A DNA stretch of 64,000 nt from an uncultured Bacteroidales bacterium (GTDB taxonomy: Bacteria > Bacteroidota > Bacteroidia > Bacteroidales > UBA1402). Below the pieces are notes generated by a model that was not told the DNA's origin, did no database searches, and saw only the letters and a list, made by a program, of their open reading frames with translations. Positions within the stretch are counted from its first letter, which is position 1, and the number at the start of each line of letters is the position of its first letter. A program made the translations under genes and the position numbers. Below are positions 53,998-63,422 of this stretch, piece by piece. Location of the stretch: positions 132-64,131 of the forward strand of contig CAYTIY010000001.1 of assembly GCA_964438045.1 (NCBI GenBank). Reading direction: 5' to 3'.

Positions 53998-55733
53998 TGC
54001 ACCGTGTAGCTGAATACATCATGCTCGGCTCCGGCAGGCATGTAGGTTCTTGTTCTGGTGGCGTTTCCCCTAACCGCTTCTATGTAAAAACGCACTCTTA
54101 CGCCCGAGCGTTGCGGGTTGATCAGTGCTGAATAGACGCCATCACCGGCAATAATGTCACCGTGTTGCCCGTTATCAAACATCTGAAGTCGCTTGAACCC
54201 GCCGAACAAACCCGTGCCAGCACATAAAAAAACACTGTTGGCATGTCCGGTACCTCCAACATGTACGGATACGGCAACCGTATCTGTCAAGGTTGGTTGA
54301 TTCCAAGCTATTCCGTCTACTTTCCACTCAACATTGGAAAGAGTCATTCCTGCCATATCGATCGAATCGTGCGTATTTAAAAAAGCTGAACGCTGGGCAA
54401 TTGTCTGTTTCATTGTTGCTATGGATGCCAAAAAGTCTCCGTGAGTAAACGAATTTCTTTGGTCCGCCAGTATGGCAGAGTCTACCTTCAACGCAAATTC
54501 ATCAATCAAGCTATTGAGATATAACGGATTATACACTTCTTTCAGTATGGTTCGGTAATGAGCCAGATAACGTTGTCGAATGGAAGGAACCGCCAACAGC
54601 TTGTTCAACAACGGAAAACGAACGTCATCGGCGTGATAGAACGGATCCCATGCAACAGACTCTTCCATAAATGTATCTTTCCCATCGTATTCAAGTGGTG
54701 TCAAGAGGCCCGTTTCCTTGTTCCAGAACAAATAATAATCTGTACCACCTTTGTTTACGTAACCATCTTCATCAGCAAACACGTTTTCACATGCCAGGAA
54801 CCAAAGTGTTCTATCCAAATCCAGCACCTTACGAATGGCTGTTTCCAGCGAATCCGGCTCAGTCTTTTCAAGAATCCGGCATACGGTCACGATATCATCC
54901 AACGGTTCCGCTGCTGTGGGACTATTCTTCAAATCATAATAGGGTGCATAGTCTGCCGCCGTTTCACCCAAATAGTTCAAACCTGAATATCCAGTTCCGT
55001 AAACTCCCACCTTGCTGGTATCTGCGTCTTTTGTAGGTTCCGCACGCCATCTGGATCCATTGGTGGAAAGAAACCACTCACGTATAAAAGATGCATTCAG
55101 GTGTTCGGTGTTGATGTACAGTCCCTGGTCGGTACCATTGACGCGCAGGTTGACAAAATTGACTTGCAGGGCAGGAATGTATCGCCTGATACAATGGCGG
55201 TAGATGGCCTCCCTAAGATATGTTTGATCTTTACCCGGACTGTTCAGCGCCAAGGTATAATACCCATTGAGTACTTGATCCTTGTCCACGGCATCAATCG
55301 TGATGTAATAAGAGGGCTTTTCACCGGGACTATCCGGTGTTCCCTTAAACCTCACTCCAACCTGGGCTGGTAGAGTAATTCCCCCATACTTCAAGGTCGC
55401 ATTGATCTCATCATCTCCGTCTGCCAAAGCCTTGAGTTGTTCTTCCCAATTGGATGCGGAAAAATTCAGTTCAACTACGCCGATTTCAGACAGTGTATAA
55501 ATGCCGGTCTGTTCAGTCAGCCCCATTTGCAAGCGGTGTAGGGATGTGTTCTCACTCATGAACAGCGGTTTCGTTCCCGATACGCCCGTAGCAATCGATC
55601 CGTCTGACGGTTCGGAAACAACATATGCAGTGTCATCTCCATCATACCTGGGCGGTGTGTAAACACCGTCATCCGCACAGGAAATCAGAAAAAGAAAGGA
55701 TATGATTAACAAAAAATACGGGATACGGTTCAT
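53994..55733 (-). CDS. CotH-family (atypical protein kinase fold) lipoprotein
   Basis: The lipoprotein signal is FLFLISCADDG. YLREAIYRHCIRRYIPALQVNFVNLRVNGTDQGLYINTEHLNASFIREWF matches the CotH pattern. A C-terminal beta-sandwich contains MFDNGQHGDIIAGDGVYS. Confidence 0.7.
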   Translation of the reverse strand: MNRIPYFLLIISFLFLISCADDGVYTPPRYDGDDTAYVVSEPSDGSIATGVSGTKPLFMSENTSLHRLQMGLTEQTGIYTLSEIGVVELNFSASNWEEQLKALADGDDEINATLKYGGITLPAQVGVRFKGTPDSPGEKPSYYITIDAVDKDQVLNGYYTLALNSPGKDQTYLREAIYRHCIRRYIPALQVNFVNLRVNGTDQGLYINTEHLNASFIREWFLSTNGSRWRAEPTKDADTSKVGVYGTGYSGLNYLGETAADYAPYYDLKNSPTAAEPLDDIVTVCRILEKTEPDSLETAIRKVLDLDRTLWFLACENVFADEDGYVNKGGTDYYLFWNKETGLLTPLEYDGKDTFMEESVAWDPFYHADDVRFPLLNKLLAVPSIRQRYLAHYRTILKEVYNPLYLNSLIDEFALKVDSAILADQRNSFTHGDFLASIATMKQTIAQRSAFLNTHDSIDMAGMTLSNVEWKVDGIAWNQPTLTDTVAVSVHVGGTGHANSVFLCAGTGLFGGFKRLQMFDNGQHGDIIAGDGVYSALINPQRSGVRVRFYIEAVRGNATRTRTYMPAGAEHDVFSYTVQ

Positions 55734-55816
55734 GGTTTGGAAATAAGGGTTGCCACAAATGTAGGTGTTTCTTTACAGAGGGAAAAACAAATTGAAGAAA
55801 AAGGCGATTTCAGTCC

Positions 55817-56803
55817 TTATTTATTCTTACGCGCGTAAAGCATAACCCAAGCTAAAAAGCCAAAAATCAACGACTGTGCCATTTGCATGCCGTGAACAAC
55901 AAGAGCAAAAATGGCCGCCTCCGGTTCGGCCACCCCGTAGAAGGTTAATGCGTATATCACCATGAAATGATACGCTCCAATTCCCCCCTGAACAGGAGCC
56001 AAAACGCCAAGACTCCCCATTACGAATGCGCTTAACATAGGAATGGCTCCCAATGGAATCTCAAATGGAAAAAAATATCGACCCACATAGAACATCAAGA
56101 AATAGACAATCCAGATTAATATGGAATACCCGACAAACAGTATGGGTTTCTTCAACGTGCCAATGGTTTTCATACCTTCCCAAAGCTTCAGCATAAAACC
56201 CCTTGCCTTATCAAATATGCGGTTCTTCCTCCATTGATCCTTGACAAGTAATGCGAGCACGATGAGCAGAGCTATTCCGCCCCATAAAAGCGGTGACTTG
56301 ATCACTTGCAGTAGTTTCTCCAAAGAAGCTGGATTTTCACGAAAGAAATCACCAAAAAATCCAAGTTGCATCAAAATGGCTATCAAAGCAATCAACAACA
56401 AGCACGCTGAGTCAAATACACGTTCTGATATCACGGTTCCCAGGGAACGCGAGAAGGATAACCCGTCTTTTTTTGATACGATGCCACAGCGTGCCACCTC
56501 TCCGGCTCTGGGAAACAGCAGGTTGACTGCATAACTGACAAAAACAGCCAGTATAGCTGTCATATTCTTGCTTTCAGCCGAAACAGGCTCCAACAACTGC
56601 CTCCATCTCAATCCACGTAATACGTTGCTGACGAAACTCAGCGCAACGGCTAGGAGCAACCAACCGTAATTCAAACCACTTTTAAACACGCCGGCCAACT
56701 GCCCAAAGTCCATATCCCTGTATACCAGCCAAAACAGCAGAATGGCCAGTGCAAGCGGAATCACAACTTGAAGTATTTTTTTTACCAGTGGCATACTCTT
56801 CAT
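55817..56803 (-). CDS. UPF0104 / lysylphosphatidylglycerol-synthase-TM-like (flippase-like) membrane protein
   Basis: About 328 aa with 8 predicted TM segments. SNVLRGLRWRQLLEP is typical of the family. The ATG is at 56801-56803; the track start is TTG. Confidence 0.65.
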   Translation of the reverse strand: MKSMPLVKKILQVVIPLALAILLFWLVYRDMDFGQLAGVFKSGLNYGWLLLAVALSFVSNVLRGLRWRQLLEPVSAESKNMTAILAVFVSYAVNLLFPRAGEVARCGIVSKKDGLSFSRSLGTVISERVFDSACLLLIALIAILMQLGFFGDFFRENPASLEKLLQVIKSPLLWGGIALLIVLALLVKDQWRKNRIFDKARGFMLKLWEGMKTIGTLKKPILFVGYSILIWIVYFLMFYVGRYFFPFEIPLGAIPMLSAFVMGSLGVLAPVQGGIGAYHFMVIYALTFYGVAEPEAAIFALVVHGMQMAQSLIFGFLAWVMLYARKNK

Positions 56804-56877
56804 CAAAAAGTAGTACTTTTGTAGGATATGTACGTGCGTGAGGGCACAAATGTACTAATTTTTTCGTACTGAGGTGG

Positions 56878-57663
56878 ATGATTCCTGTAAAACCCAAAAA
56901 ATCATTAGGACAGCATTTCCTGAACGATCTGGATATAGCTGCCCAAATTGCCGCTACGCTTGATGCGTACACGGGGATGCCCGTATTGGAGATCGGACCG
57001 GGCATGGGAGTGTTGACCCGCTTCTTGTTGAAAAACAATCACGACTTAAGGGTCATCGAACTGGACAGCGAGTCTGTGCACTACCTCCATTCTTCTTTCC
57101 CCACACTGCAAGATCGCATCATTGAGGGAGATTTTCTGAGACTGAATCTGGACGACTTGTTTTCCTCCTCCTTTTGTGTCATCGGTAATTATCCCTACAA
57201 TATCTCTTCGCAAATCCTGTTTAAGGTTCTCGAGCATAAGGATAAAGTCCCGTGCTGTTCAGGCATGTTCCAAAAAGAAGTAGCGGAACGTGTAGCGTCA
57301 AAGCCGGGAAGAAAAGCATATGGTATACTCAGCGTGTTGTTGCAGGCCTATTATGACATTGAATACCTTTTTACTGTCGATGAGGAAAAGTTTGATCCTC
57401 CGCCTGCCGTCAAATCAGCCGTTATTCGTCTGGTCAGGAACAAGGTTGAGCACCTGAACTGCAACGAAGCACTCTTCAAGCAAGTTGTGAAAACCGGTTT
57501 CAATCAACGAAGAAAGACTCTGAGGAACTCGTTAAAACCGTTGGTCGGGACTGACTTCCCGGAACGGGGACAGGCGATCTTCGATAAACGGCCGGAACAA
57601 CTTTCCGTTCAGGACTTTGAGGTGTTGACCAATCTGATCGAGCCCTACCTCAAGATGCCCTGA
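56878..57663 (+). CDS. rsmA: 16S rRNA (adenine1518/1519-N6)-dimethyltransferase
   Basis: PKKSLGQHFLNDLDIAAQIA, VLEIGPGMGVLT, VIGNYPYNISSQILFK and FNQRRKTLRNSL are present. Confidence 0.92.
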   Translation: MIPVKPKKSLGQHFLNDLDIAAQIAATLDAYTGMPVLEIGPGMGVLTRFLLKNNHDLRVIELDSESVHYLHSSFPTLQDRIIEGDFLRLNLDDLFSSSFCVIGNYPYNISSQILFKVLEHKDKVPCCSGMFQKEVAERVASKPGRKAYGILSVLLQAYYDIEYLFTVDEEKFDPPPAVKSAVIRLVRNKVEHLNCNEALFKQVVKTGFNQRRKTLRNSLKPLVGTDFPERGQAIFDKRPEQLSVQDFEVLTNLIEPYLKMP

Positions 57664-57745
57664 CAGAGCATCCCAACAAACAACCCAGCGTTCAACCTTC
57701 TGGTTTGTAGCCATACAAATCCGGATCAAACAACAAGCAAACGCC

Positions 57746-58684
57746 ATGGCAGAAATCAAGTTATTCTATCACGAAGGCGGCCGCATCAAAATAAGCCGCA
57801 GCTTGGAATTCCTAAAAAGCACCCCCATTGACAATTTCCTTTGGATAGACTTGCACGACGTTGATGAGGAGGTAGAGAACCAACTTGAAGACTTTCTGAA
57901 AATCTATATACAGGAAGAGGAAGAAATGGAAGAAATCGAGATGTCTTCCCGCTACATTGAAACTTCCGACTCTCTGGTTGTCAATTCCAACTTTATGCTG
58001 GCTGATAACGAACTGGAAACCGTTTCCTTCATTTTGAAGAACGACATTTTGGTAACGGTACACAATGAAGAATTGCCCTCTTTTCAGGAAACGCAGAAGA
58101 AATTAATTACCAACCCTCGGAATTATCCAACCGGATACCATATGATGGTAGCCCTGTTGGAAACCAGGGTGGAACGTGATGCCGACTTAATTGAGGACGT
58201 TATCGATGAAATCACCAAACTGAGCGATTCCATCCGGGGCGCAAGCGAAGATGTCCTGATGGATATCACCGAGTTGCAAGAACAAATCATGGTGATCCGG
58301 CAGAACATTATAGAGAAACAGCGCCTGCTTTCCAATTTACTGAGAAGCGAATTGCTGCCCAAGGAACTGCACCCGAAAATGACCATTGTACTAAGGGACG
58401 TCAATTCACTGGTTGAACACGCCAAGTTTAGTTTTGAAAGATTAGACTACCTCCAGGATACGTTTCTTGGTTTGGTCAACATCGAACAAAATAAGATCAT
58501 CAAAATTTTCACCATCGTTTCTGTCATTTTTATGCCTCCCACGTTGGTAGCCAGTATTTTTGGTCAGAATTTCCCCAACATGCCGTTTATTGATAAAGCA
58601 TGGGGATTCTGGATCTCCTTGCTGTTGATGTTTGTTTTTTCCGGCATCATCCTACTCTTTTTCAAACGAAAGAAATGGTTATGA
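57746..58684 (+). CDS. corA: CorA-family divalent cation transporter with G-Q-N in place of the G-M-N motif
   Basis: 312 aa with two C-terminal TM helices. FTIVSVIFMPPTLVASIFGQNF contains the GQN codons ggtcagaat at 58562-58570. Confidence 0.75.
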   Translation: MAEIKLFYHEGGRIKISRSLEFLKSTPIDNFLWIDLHDVDEEVENQLEDFLKIYIQEEEEMEEIEMSSRYIETSDSLVVNSNFMLADNELETVSFILKNDILVTVHNEELPSFQETQKKLITNPRNYPTGYHMMVALLETRVERDADLIEDVIDEITKLSDSIRGASEDVLMDITELQEQIMVIRQNIIEKQRLLSNLLRSELLPKELHPKMTIVLRDVNSLVEHAKFSFERLDYLQDTFLGLVNIEQNKIIKIFTIVSVIFMPPTLVASIFGQNFPNMPFIDKAWGFWISLLLMFVFSGIILLFFKRKKWL

Positions 58685-58782
58685 TGGAAAAAATGATTTC
58701 CTTTATGAGGCATTGCAAAAACTTTTGATTTAATTTGCAGAGATACAGCTTTTTGAAAAGCTCTGAAACTTATAACTTCACT

Positions 58783-60627
58783 ATGAAAACGGACAACAAT
58801 GAAACCAACAACCTGGAACAACCGGGGTTGGAAGAATCTCTCACCGAAGCCGTTGTGCTGACGGCCGAATCAACAGAACCGAATGGCCACATGCCGGAAG
58901 AACAAGTCGAGGCATCATCCGACGAACCGACTCCAACCACCAAACAGGAAGTAATCGACCAATTGAAGCGGCTCATCGAGTCGCCGGGTAACGAAAAGAA
59001 AGAACGCATTGACTTCCTGAAACAAGCCTTCTACCGTATTCAGAAAGCAGAAGCAGAGGCCGCGGCCACTTCCGAATCGGAAGATACAACGGACAGCGTA
59101 CGTGAAGAAGTGGTTGACCCTTTCGAGGCCAGCTTGAAGGAATTACTGGGAAGCTGGAGGGAAAAAAGGGCAGAACAGGTGGCCGAACTGGAAAGACAGC
59201 GTCAGGAAAATCTGGAAAAAAAGGAGCAAATCATCGAGAGCATCAGGTCTCTGACCGAAAGCACCGAAGACATAGGACGTACGCTGCCCGAATTCAGACG
59301 GCTACAGCAAACCTGGAAAGAAACGGGCAACGTGCCTCAAGAACAATTGAACGACTTATGGAAAAAATACCAAGTACAAGTTGAACGTTTTTACGACTTA
59401 CTTAAGATCAACAACGAATTTCGTGAATACGATTTTAAGAAAAACCTGGAAATCAAGACAACCCTGTGCGAAAACGCCGAAAAACTGGCTGAGGAAACTG
59501 ACGTCGTTGTCGCATTCAGGCAACTTCAAAAGTTGCACGAAGAATGGCGTGAGACCGGCCCCGTTGCAAGAGAATTCCGCGAAGACATCTGGAACCGCTT
59601 CAAGAATGCTTCAACCACCATCAATAAAAATCATCAGCAGTTCTTTGAACGGTTAAAGTCGGCAGAGAGCGATAACCTTGCGTTGAAGACGGAGATTTGT
59701 GAAAAGGTGGAAGCCGTTGATTTAAGCAAGTTAAGCACTTATAAGGACTGGGATGATAAAACCACTGAGATACTTAAACTTCAGGAACAATGGAAATCCA
59801 TCGGGTTTGCTCCCAAAAAAGTGAACAACAAGATATTTGAACGATTCAGAGCCGCCTGTGATGCGTTTTTCCAACAGAAAAGCGAGTTCTACAAGGCTGC
59901 GAAAGACGTATTGAACCAAAACCTTGAAAAAAAGCGGTTGCTGTGCGAAAAGGCTGAAGCGTTGAAAGACAGCACAGACTGGAAAGCAACAGCCGAAACC
60001 CTGATCCGCATCCAAAAAGAATGGAAAGCCATCGGACCGGTACCCAAAAAGATTTCTGATACGATTTGGAAACGCTTCATCAAAGCCTGCGACTACTTCT
60101 TCGAGCAGAAAGAAAAGTTTGCCCCTTCGCAGAAAAGCGAGGAAGCCAAGAACCTTGAGGCAAAGCGAGAACTGATTGTACAAATACAGGCCATTCCCGC
60201 CGATTTACCTGAAGACGAGCTGTTGACTCGTTTCCGTGAACTCACCGGCAAGTGGAATACCATCGGACACGTACCCTTTAAAGAGAAAGACGCCATTTAT
60301 AAAGAATGGCACGAAAGCTTGTCGGCCCTTGACCAGCGCTTACACCTGTCAAAGGAATCACACCGCCTGAACAAATTCCAGAGCAATCTGGAAGATATTT
60401 CCAGCAAAGGACAGGGCAAGGTGCTTCATGAAAGAGAACGGTTATTGCGTCAATTTGACAGCTTGACAAACGAAATCAAAACTGCCGAAAACAACATTGG
60501 CTTCTTTACAACATCAAAATCATCGGGAGACTCCTTCCTCAAGGAAATCACCCGGAAAATTGAAGCGTTGAAAGAAGAGCGTGACATCATCTACAAAAAA
60601 ATTAAGATGATTGACGAACAACTCTGA
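58783..60627 (+). CDS. DUF349 repeat protein
   Basis: It has an acidic N-terminus followed by about 5 repeats of the W(K/R)E.G.VP......(I/L)W.RF..A.D.FF pattern. The ATG is at 58783; the track start is TTG. Confidence 0.75.
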   Translation: MKTDNNETNNLEQPGLEESLTEAVVLTAESTEPNGHMPEEQVEASSDEPTPTTKQEVIDQLKRLIESPGNEKKERIDFLKQAFYRIQKAEAEAAATSESEDTTDSVREEVVDPFEASLKELLGSWREKRAEQVAELERQRQENLEKKEQIIESIRSLTESTEDIGRTLPEFRRLQQTWKETGNVPQEQLNDLWKKYQVQVERFYDLLKINNEFREYDFKKNLEIKTTLCENAEKLAEETDVVVAFRQLQKLHEEWRETGPVAREFREDIWNRFKNASTTINKNHQQFFERLKSAESDNLALKTEICEKVEAVDLSKLSTYKDWDDKTTEILKLQEQWKSIGFAPKKVNNKIFERFRAACDAFFQQKSEFYKAAKDVLNQNLEKKRLLCEKAEALKDSTDWKATAETLIRIQKEWKAIGPVPKKISDTIWKRFIKACDYFFEQKEKFAPSQKSEEAKNLEAKRELIVQIQAIPADLPEDELLTRFRELTGKWNTIGHVPFKEKDAIYKEWHESLSALDQRLHLSKESHRLNKFQSNLEDISSKGQGKVLHERERLLRQFDSLTNEIKTAENNIGFFTTSKSSGDSFLKEITRKIEALKEERDIIYKKIKMIDEQL

Positions 60628-60660
60628 GTCCTGATACTATACGCTATAACCAGGTATTGA

Positions 60661-60696
60661 AGAACCTCTCCGCCAACTGGCAGGGAGGTTCTTTTT
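60661..60696 (+). terminator. Rho-independent terminator of the DUF349 gene
   Basis: agaacctc (60661-60668) pairs with gaggttct (60685-60692), with inner gcc/ggc pairing, running into a T5 tract. Confidence 0.6.
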
Positions 60697-60746
60697 GTTA
60701 ATACTTGTTAATTTAAACGCTTTAATTTGCAATTCTATTTTTATCA

Positions 60747-60780
60747 TACGTTTATTTCGTAGTTTTACGACATCATCGTA
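60747..60780 (+). promoter_or_regulatory. Two tandem TACG-N7-CGTA dyads; candidate operator for the BlaI-like repressor
   Basis: The dyads are tacgtttatttcgta (60747-60761) and tacgacatcatcgta (60766-60780), 19 nt apart. They end 14 nt upstream of the repressor ATG (60794). Confidence 0.4.
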
Positions 60781-60793
60781 ATTTACTGATTAT

Positions 60794-61159
60794 ATGGATA
60801 AACTAACTCAGCAGGAAGAAGAAGCCATGCACATTATTTGGGAAACGGGTGAAGACGTAATTAAGACTTACCTCGATCACTACCCGGAACCCAAGCCACC
60901 GTATACTACGTTGGCCTCCATCGTCAAGAATTTACACCGCAAAGGCTATCTGGATGCAAAACGAATCGGCAATACATATGTGTATAAGCCACGTGTCTCT
61001 AAAGATGAATACACCAGCAGGAACTTATCGAACATCGTCAACACGTATTTCAACCATTCCTACCAAAATCTGGTAACCTTTTTTGCTAAGAAGCAGAAAA
61101 TCTCCGCAGACGACCTGAAAGAAATCATTCGTTTGATTGAAACTGACAAAACCCGTTAA
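60794..61159 (+). CDS. BlaI/MecI/CopY-family transcriptional repressor
   Basis: 121 aa. The winged-helix pattern is LTQQEEEAMHIIWETGE...YTTLASIVKNLHRKGYLDAKRIGNTYVYKP. Confidence 0.8.
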   Translation: MDKLTQQEEEAMHIIWETGEDVIKTYLDHYPEPKPPYTTLASIVKNLHRKGYLDAKRIGNTYVYKPRVSKDEYTSRNLSNIVNTYFNHSYQNLVTFFAKKQKISADDLKEIIRLIETDKTR

Positions 61160-61161
61160 TC

Positions 61162-62784
61162 ATGCCCGACGTACTGAGTTATTTCATTGAGGTGAATCTG
61201 GCAATTGCTATTTTCTACCTGTTTTACCGGTTACTGCTGCATAATGATACCTTTTTCGTGCAAAAACGGTTTGCTTTTCTGTTGACCTACCTTTTTACCT
61301 GCACATTTCCCTTTATAAATCTGAGTGACTTGTTTGACAAACAAAAAGAGCTTTTGGTGTTTGTTCAAACCCTGGATACAAGATTACCCGATTTCATCAT
61401 AACTCCGTCATCCCATAAATATAGTCTCCTAGACAGTTTGGCGATACTGTACGGTGTTGTTTCCGGCTTTTTGCTGCTTCGACTTGGTCGTCAGATCGTC
61501 TCCCTTACCCTGTTATCGTTGAAAACTACCAGGATACTTTATAAAGGAACCAAGCTGGTCAGACTCCCGGTTGACCAAGCCCCATTTTCCTTTTTGGGGT
61601 GGATATTCGTACATACCGAAGGCTGTTCAGAAAGAGATCTGGACGAGATCATCCAACATGAAAAAGTACACATACGTCAACATCATACCCTTGATGTGCT
61701 TTTGGCTGAATTTGTTTGCATTGTTTTTTGGATAAATCCTTTTTCCTGGCTTATCAAACGTCGTGTTCGCGAGAACCTTGAATACTTGGCAGACAATGAA
61801 GTAATCAGGGCAGGGTTCAACACGCAATCCTACCAGTTTCATTTACTTCGTATGTCCAGCCATGAAGATGTAGCCAATATGGCCAACCACTTTAACGTCA
61901 CCCATTTAAAAAAACGCATTATCATGATGAACAAACAGAAAACCTCCTTGATGGGGCTTACCAAGTACGCCCTATTCATGCCGCTCTTTGCTTTTTTCGT
62001 GTTAGCCGCTCAAGCATGGGGGCAGGAAACCCTGACGTCAACAGCCGAAAGCCTGAGCGAGGCAGCTCAAGCGAATTCCGCCTTGTCCAATCCACCTATA
62101 CCTCAAGCTACTCAATCCCAACCCGTCGTTCAGAAAAACGAAGCAGCCCAAAACGTTTCTGAGAATGCACCAAGATTATCGGCAGAAAAAATGCCAGTTT
62201 TTCCCGGTGGAGATCAAGGCTTGATTGATTACATCACAAAGAACGTGCATTACCCAACTTCCGCTCAGCAACTAGGAGTTGAAGGGCGTGTGATGGTCCG
62301 CTTTGTCGTTGACATAGATGGTTCGGTCAAAGACATTGAGGTCGTTAGAAGTCTCAATACGGCCTGCGATGAGGAAGCCACCAGGGTTATCAAGGCCATG
62401 CCCAAGTGGACACCAGCGCAAAATAAAGGGAAAGCCGTAAAAGTCTTTTATACCATCCCCATTTTGTTCAAGTTGAGTAAGGGAACGCCGCCACCGCCAC
62501 CGCTACTCGCTTCCCCCACCCTGGTTGAAATCACAGATGGGAAATCGACCACAACAGTCAACGCAATCTTAAACAAAAGTCTCATGTTGATTGTTGTCGA
62601 CAACAAACAGTATCAGATCGTGGGGATTGATCCATCAAAGGCTTCCGAGAAAGAAATTCTCAACGCACTCAATTTACCAAATGCAGAAGTTGAATCTATT
62701 ATTATAATGAAAGGCAAGGCGGCCGAGCAAAGTTTCGGTGAGGCCGGGAAAAACGGGGTAATCGTAATCGCCACCAAAAAATAA
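61162..62784 (+). CDS. BlaR1-like M56 peptidase-domain membrane protein fused to a TonB C-terminal domain
   Basis: It has N-terminal TM helices and the HExxH motif in IIQHEKVHIRQHH. The C-terminal TonB_C pattern is MPVFPGGDQGLIDYI...GVEGRVMVRFVVDIDGSVKDIEVVRS. Confidence 0.75.
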   Translation: MPDVLSYFIEVNLAIAIFYLFYRLLLHNDTFFVQKRFAFLLTYLFTCTFPFINLSDLFDKQKELLVFVQTLDTRLPDFIITPSSHKYSLLDSLAILYGVVSGFLLLRLGRQIVSLTLLSLKTTRILYKGTKLVRLPVDQAPFSFLGWIFVHTEGCSERDLDEIIQHEKVHIRQHHTLDVLLAEFVCIVFWINPFSWLIKRRVRENLEYLADNEVIRAGFNTQSYQFHLLRMSSHEDVANMANHFNVTHLKKRIIMMNKQKTSLMGLTKYALFMPLFAFFVLAAQAWGQETLTSTAESLSEAAQANSALSNPPIPQATQSQPVVQKNEAAQNVSENAPRLSAEKMPVFPGGDQGLIDYITKNVHYPTSAQQLGVEGRVMVRFVVDIDGSVKDIEVVRSLNTACDEEATRVIKAMPKWTPAQNKGKAVKVFYTIPILFKLSKGTPPPPPLLASPTLVEITDGKSTTTVNAILNKSLMLIVVDNKQYQIVGIDPSKASEKEILNALNLPNAEVESIIIMKGKAAEQSFGEAGKNGVIVIATKK

Positions 62785-62798
62785 GACGTACCTGTCCG

Positions 62799-63392
62799 TT
62801 ATTTCCGAATCAGGTTTATAAACTCCTCGCGTGTCTTGGCTTGTTGAAAAACCCCTGTAAAATCGGATGTCGTGGTGATGGAATTCTGCTTTTCAACACC
62901 ACGCATCTGCATACACAGGTGTTGTGCCTCTATGACCACCATTACACCAAGTGGATTGAGGGTATCCTGGATGCATTGCTTGATTTGGGTTGTCATTCGT
63001 TCCTGAATTTGCAGACGGCGTGCGAAGATGTCGACTACACGGGCTATTTTGCTCAAACCTGTGATGTAATTGTTTGGAATATATGCCACATGAGCCTTTC
63101 CGTAGAATGGCAGCATGTGGTGCTCGCACATGGAATAAAAATCAATATCCTTTACAATGACCATCTGGCGGTATTCTTCCTTAAACATGGCCGATTGAAG
63201 AATCTCAGCCGGATCAAGCGTGTACCCATACGTCAAGAATTGCATAGCTTTGGCCACGCGCTTAGGTGTTTTCAACAAACCTTCCCTGTCGGGATCGTCT
63301 CCAAGCAAACGAATAATTTCCCGGTAATGGACAGCCAGTTCATCTTGTATGGGATTTGATTCCGTTGACAGTACAACACGTTTATCTACCAT
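62799..63392 (-). CDS. folE: GTP cyclohydrolase I
   Basis: [53 protein letters not shown] and [12 protein letters not shown] are present. Confidence 0.93.
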   Translation of the reverse strand: MVDKRVVLSTESNPIQDELAVHYREIIRLLGDDPDREGLLKTPKRVAKAMQFLTYGYTLDPAEILQSAMFKEEYRQMVIVKDIDFYSMCEHHMLPFYGKAHVAYIPNNYITGLSKIARVVDIFARRLQIQERMTTQIKQCIQDTLNPLGVMVVIEAQHLCMQMRGVEKQNSITTTSDFTGVFQQAKTREEFINLIRK

Positions 63393-63422
63393 GTGCTGAA
63401 TATTATGTGATGGTTGAAAACC

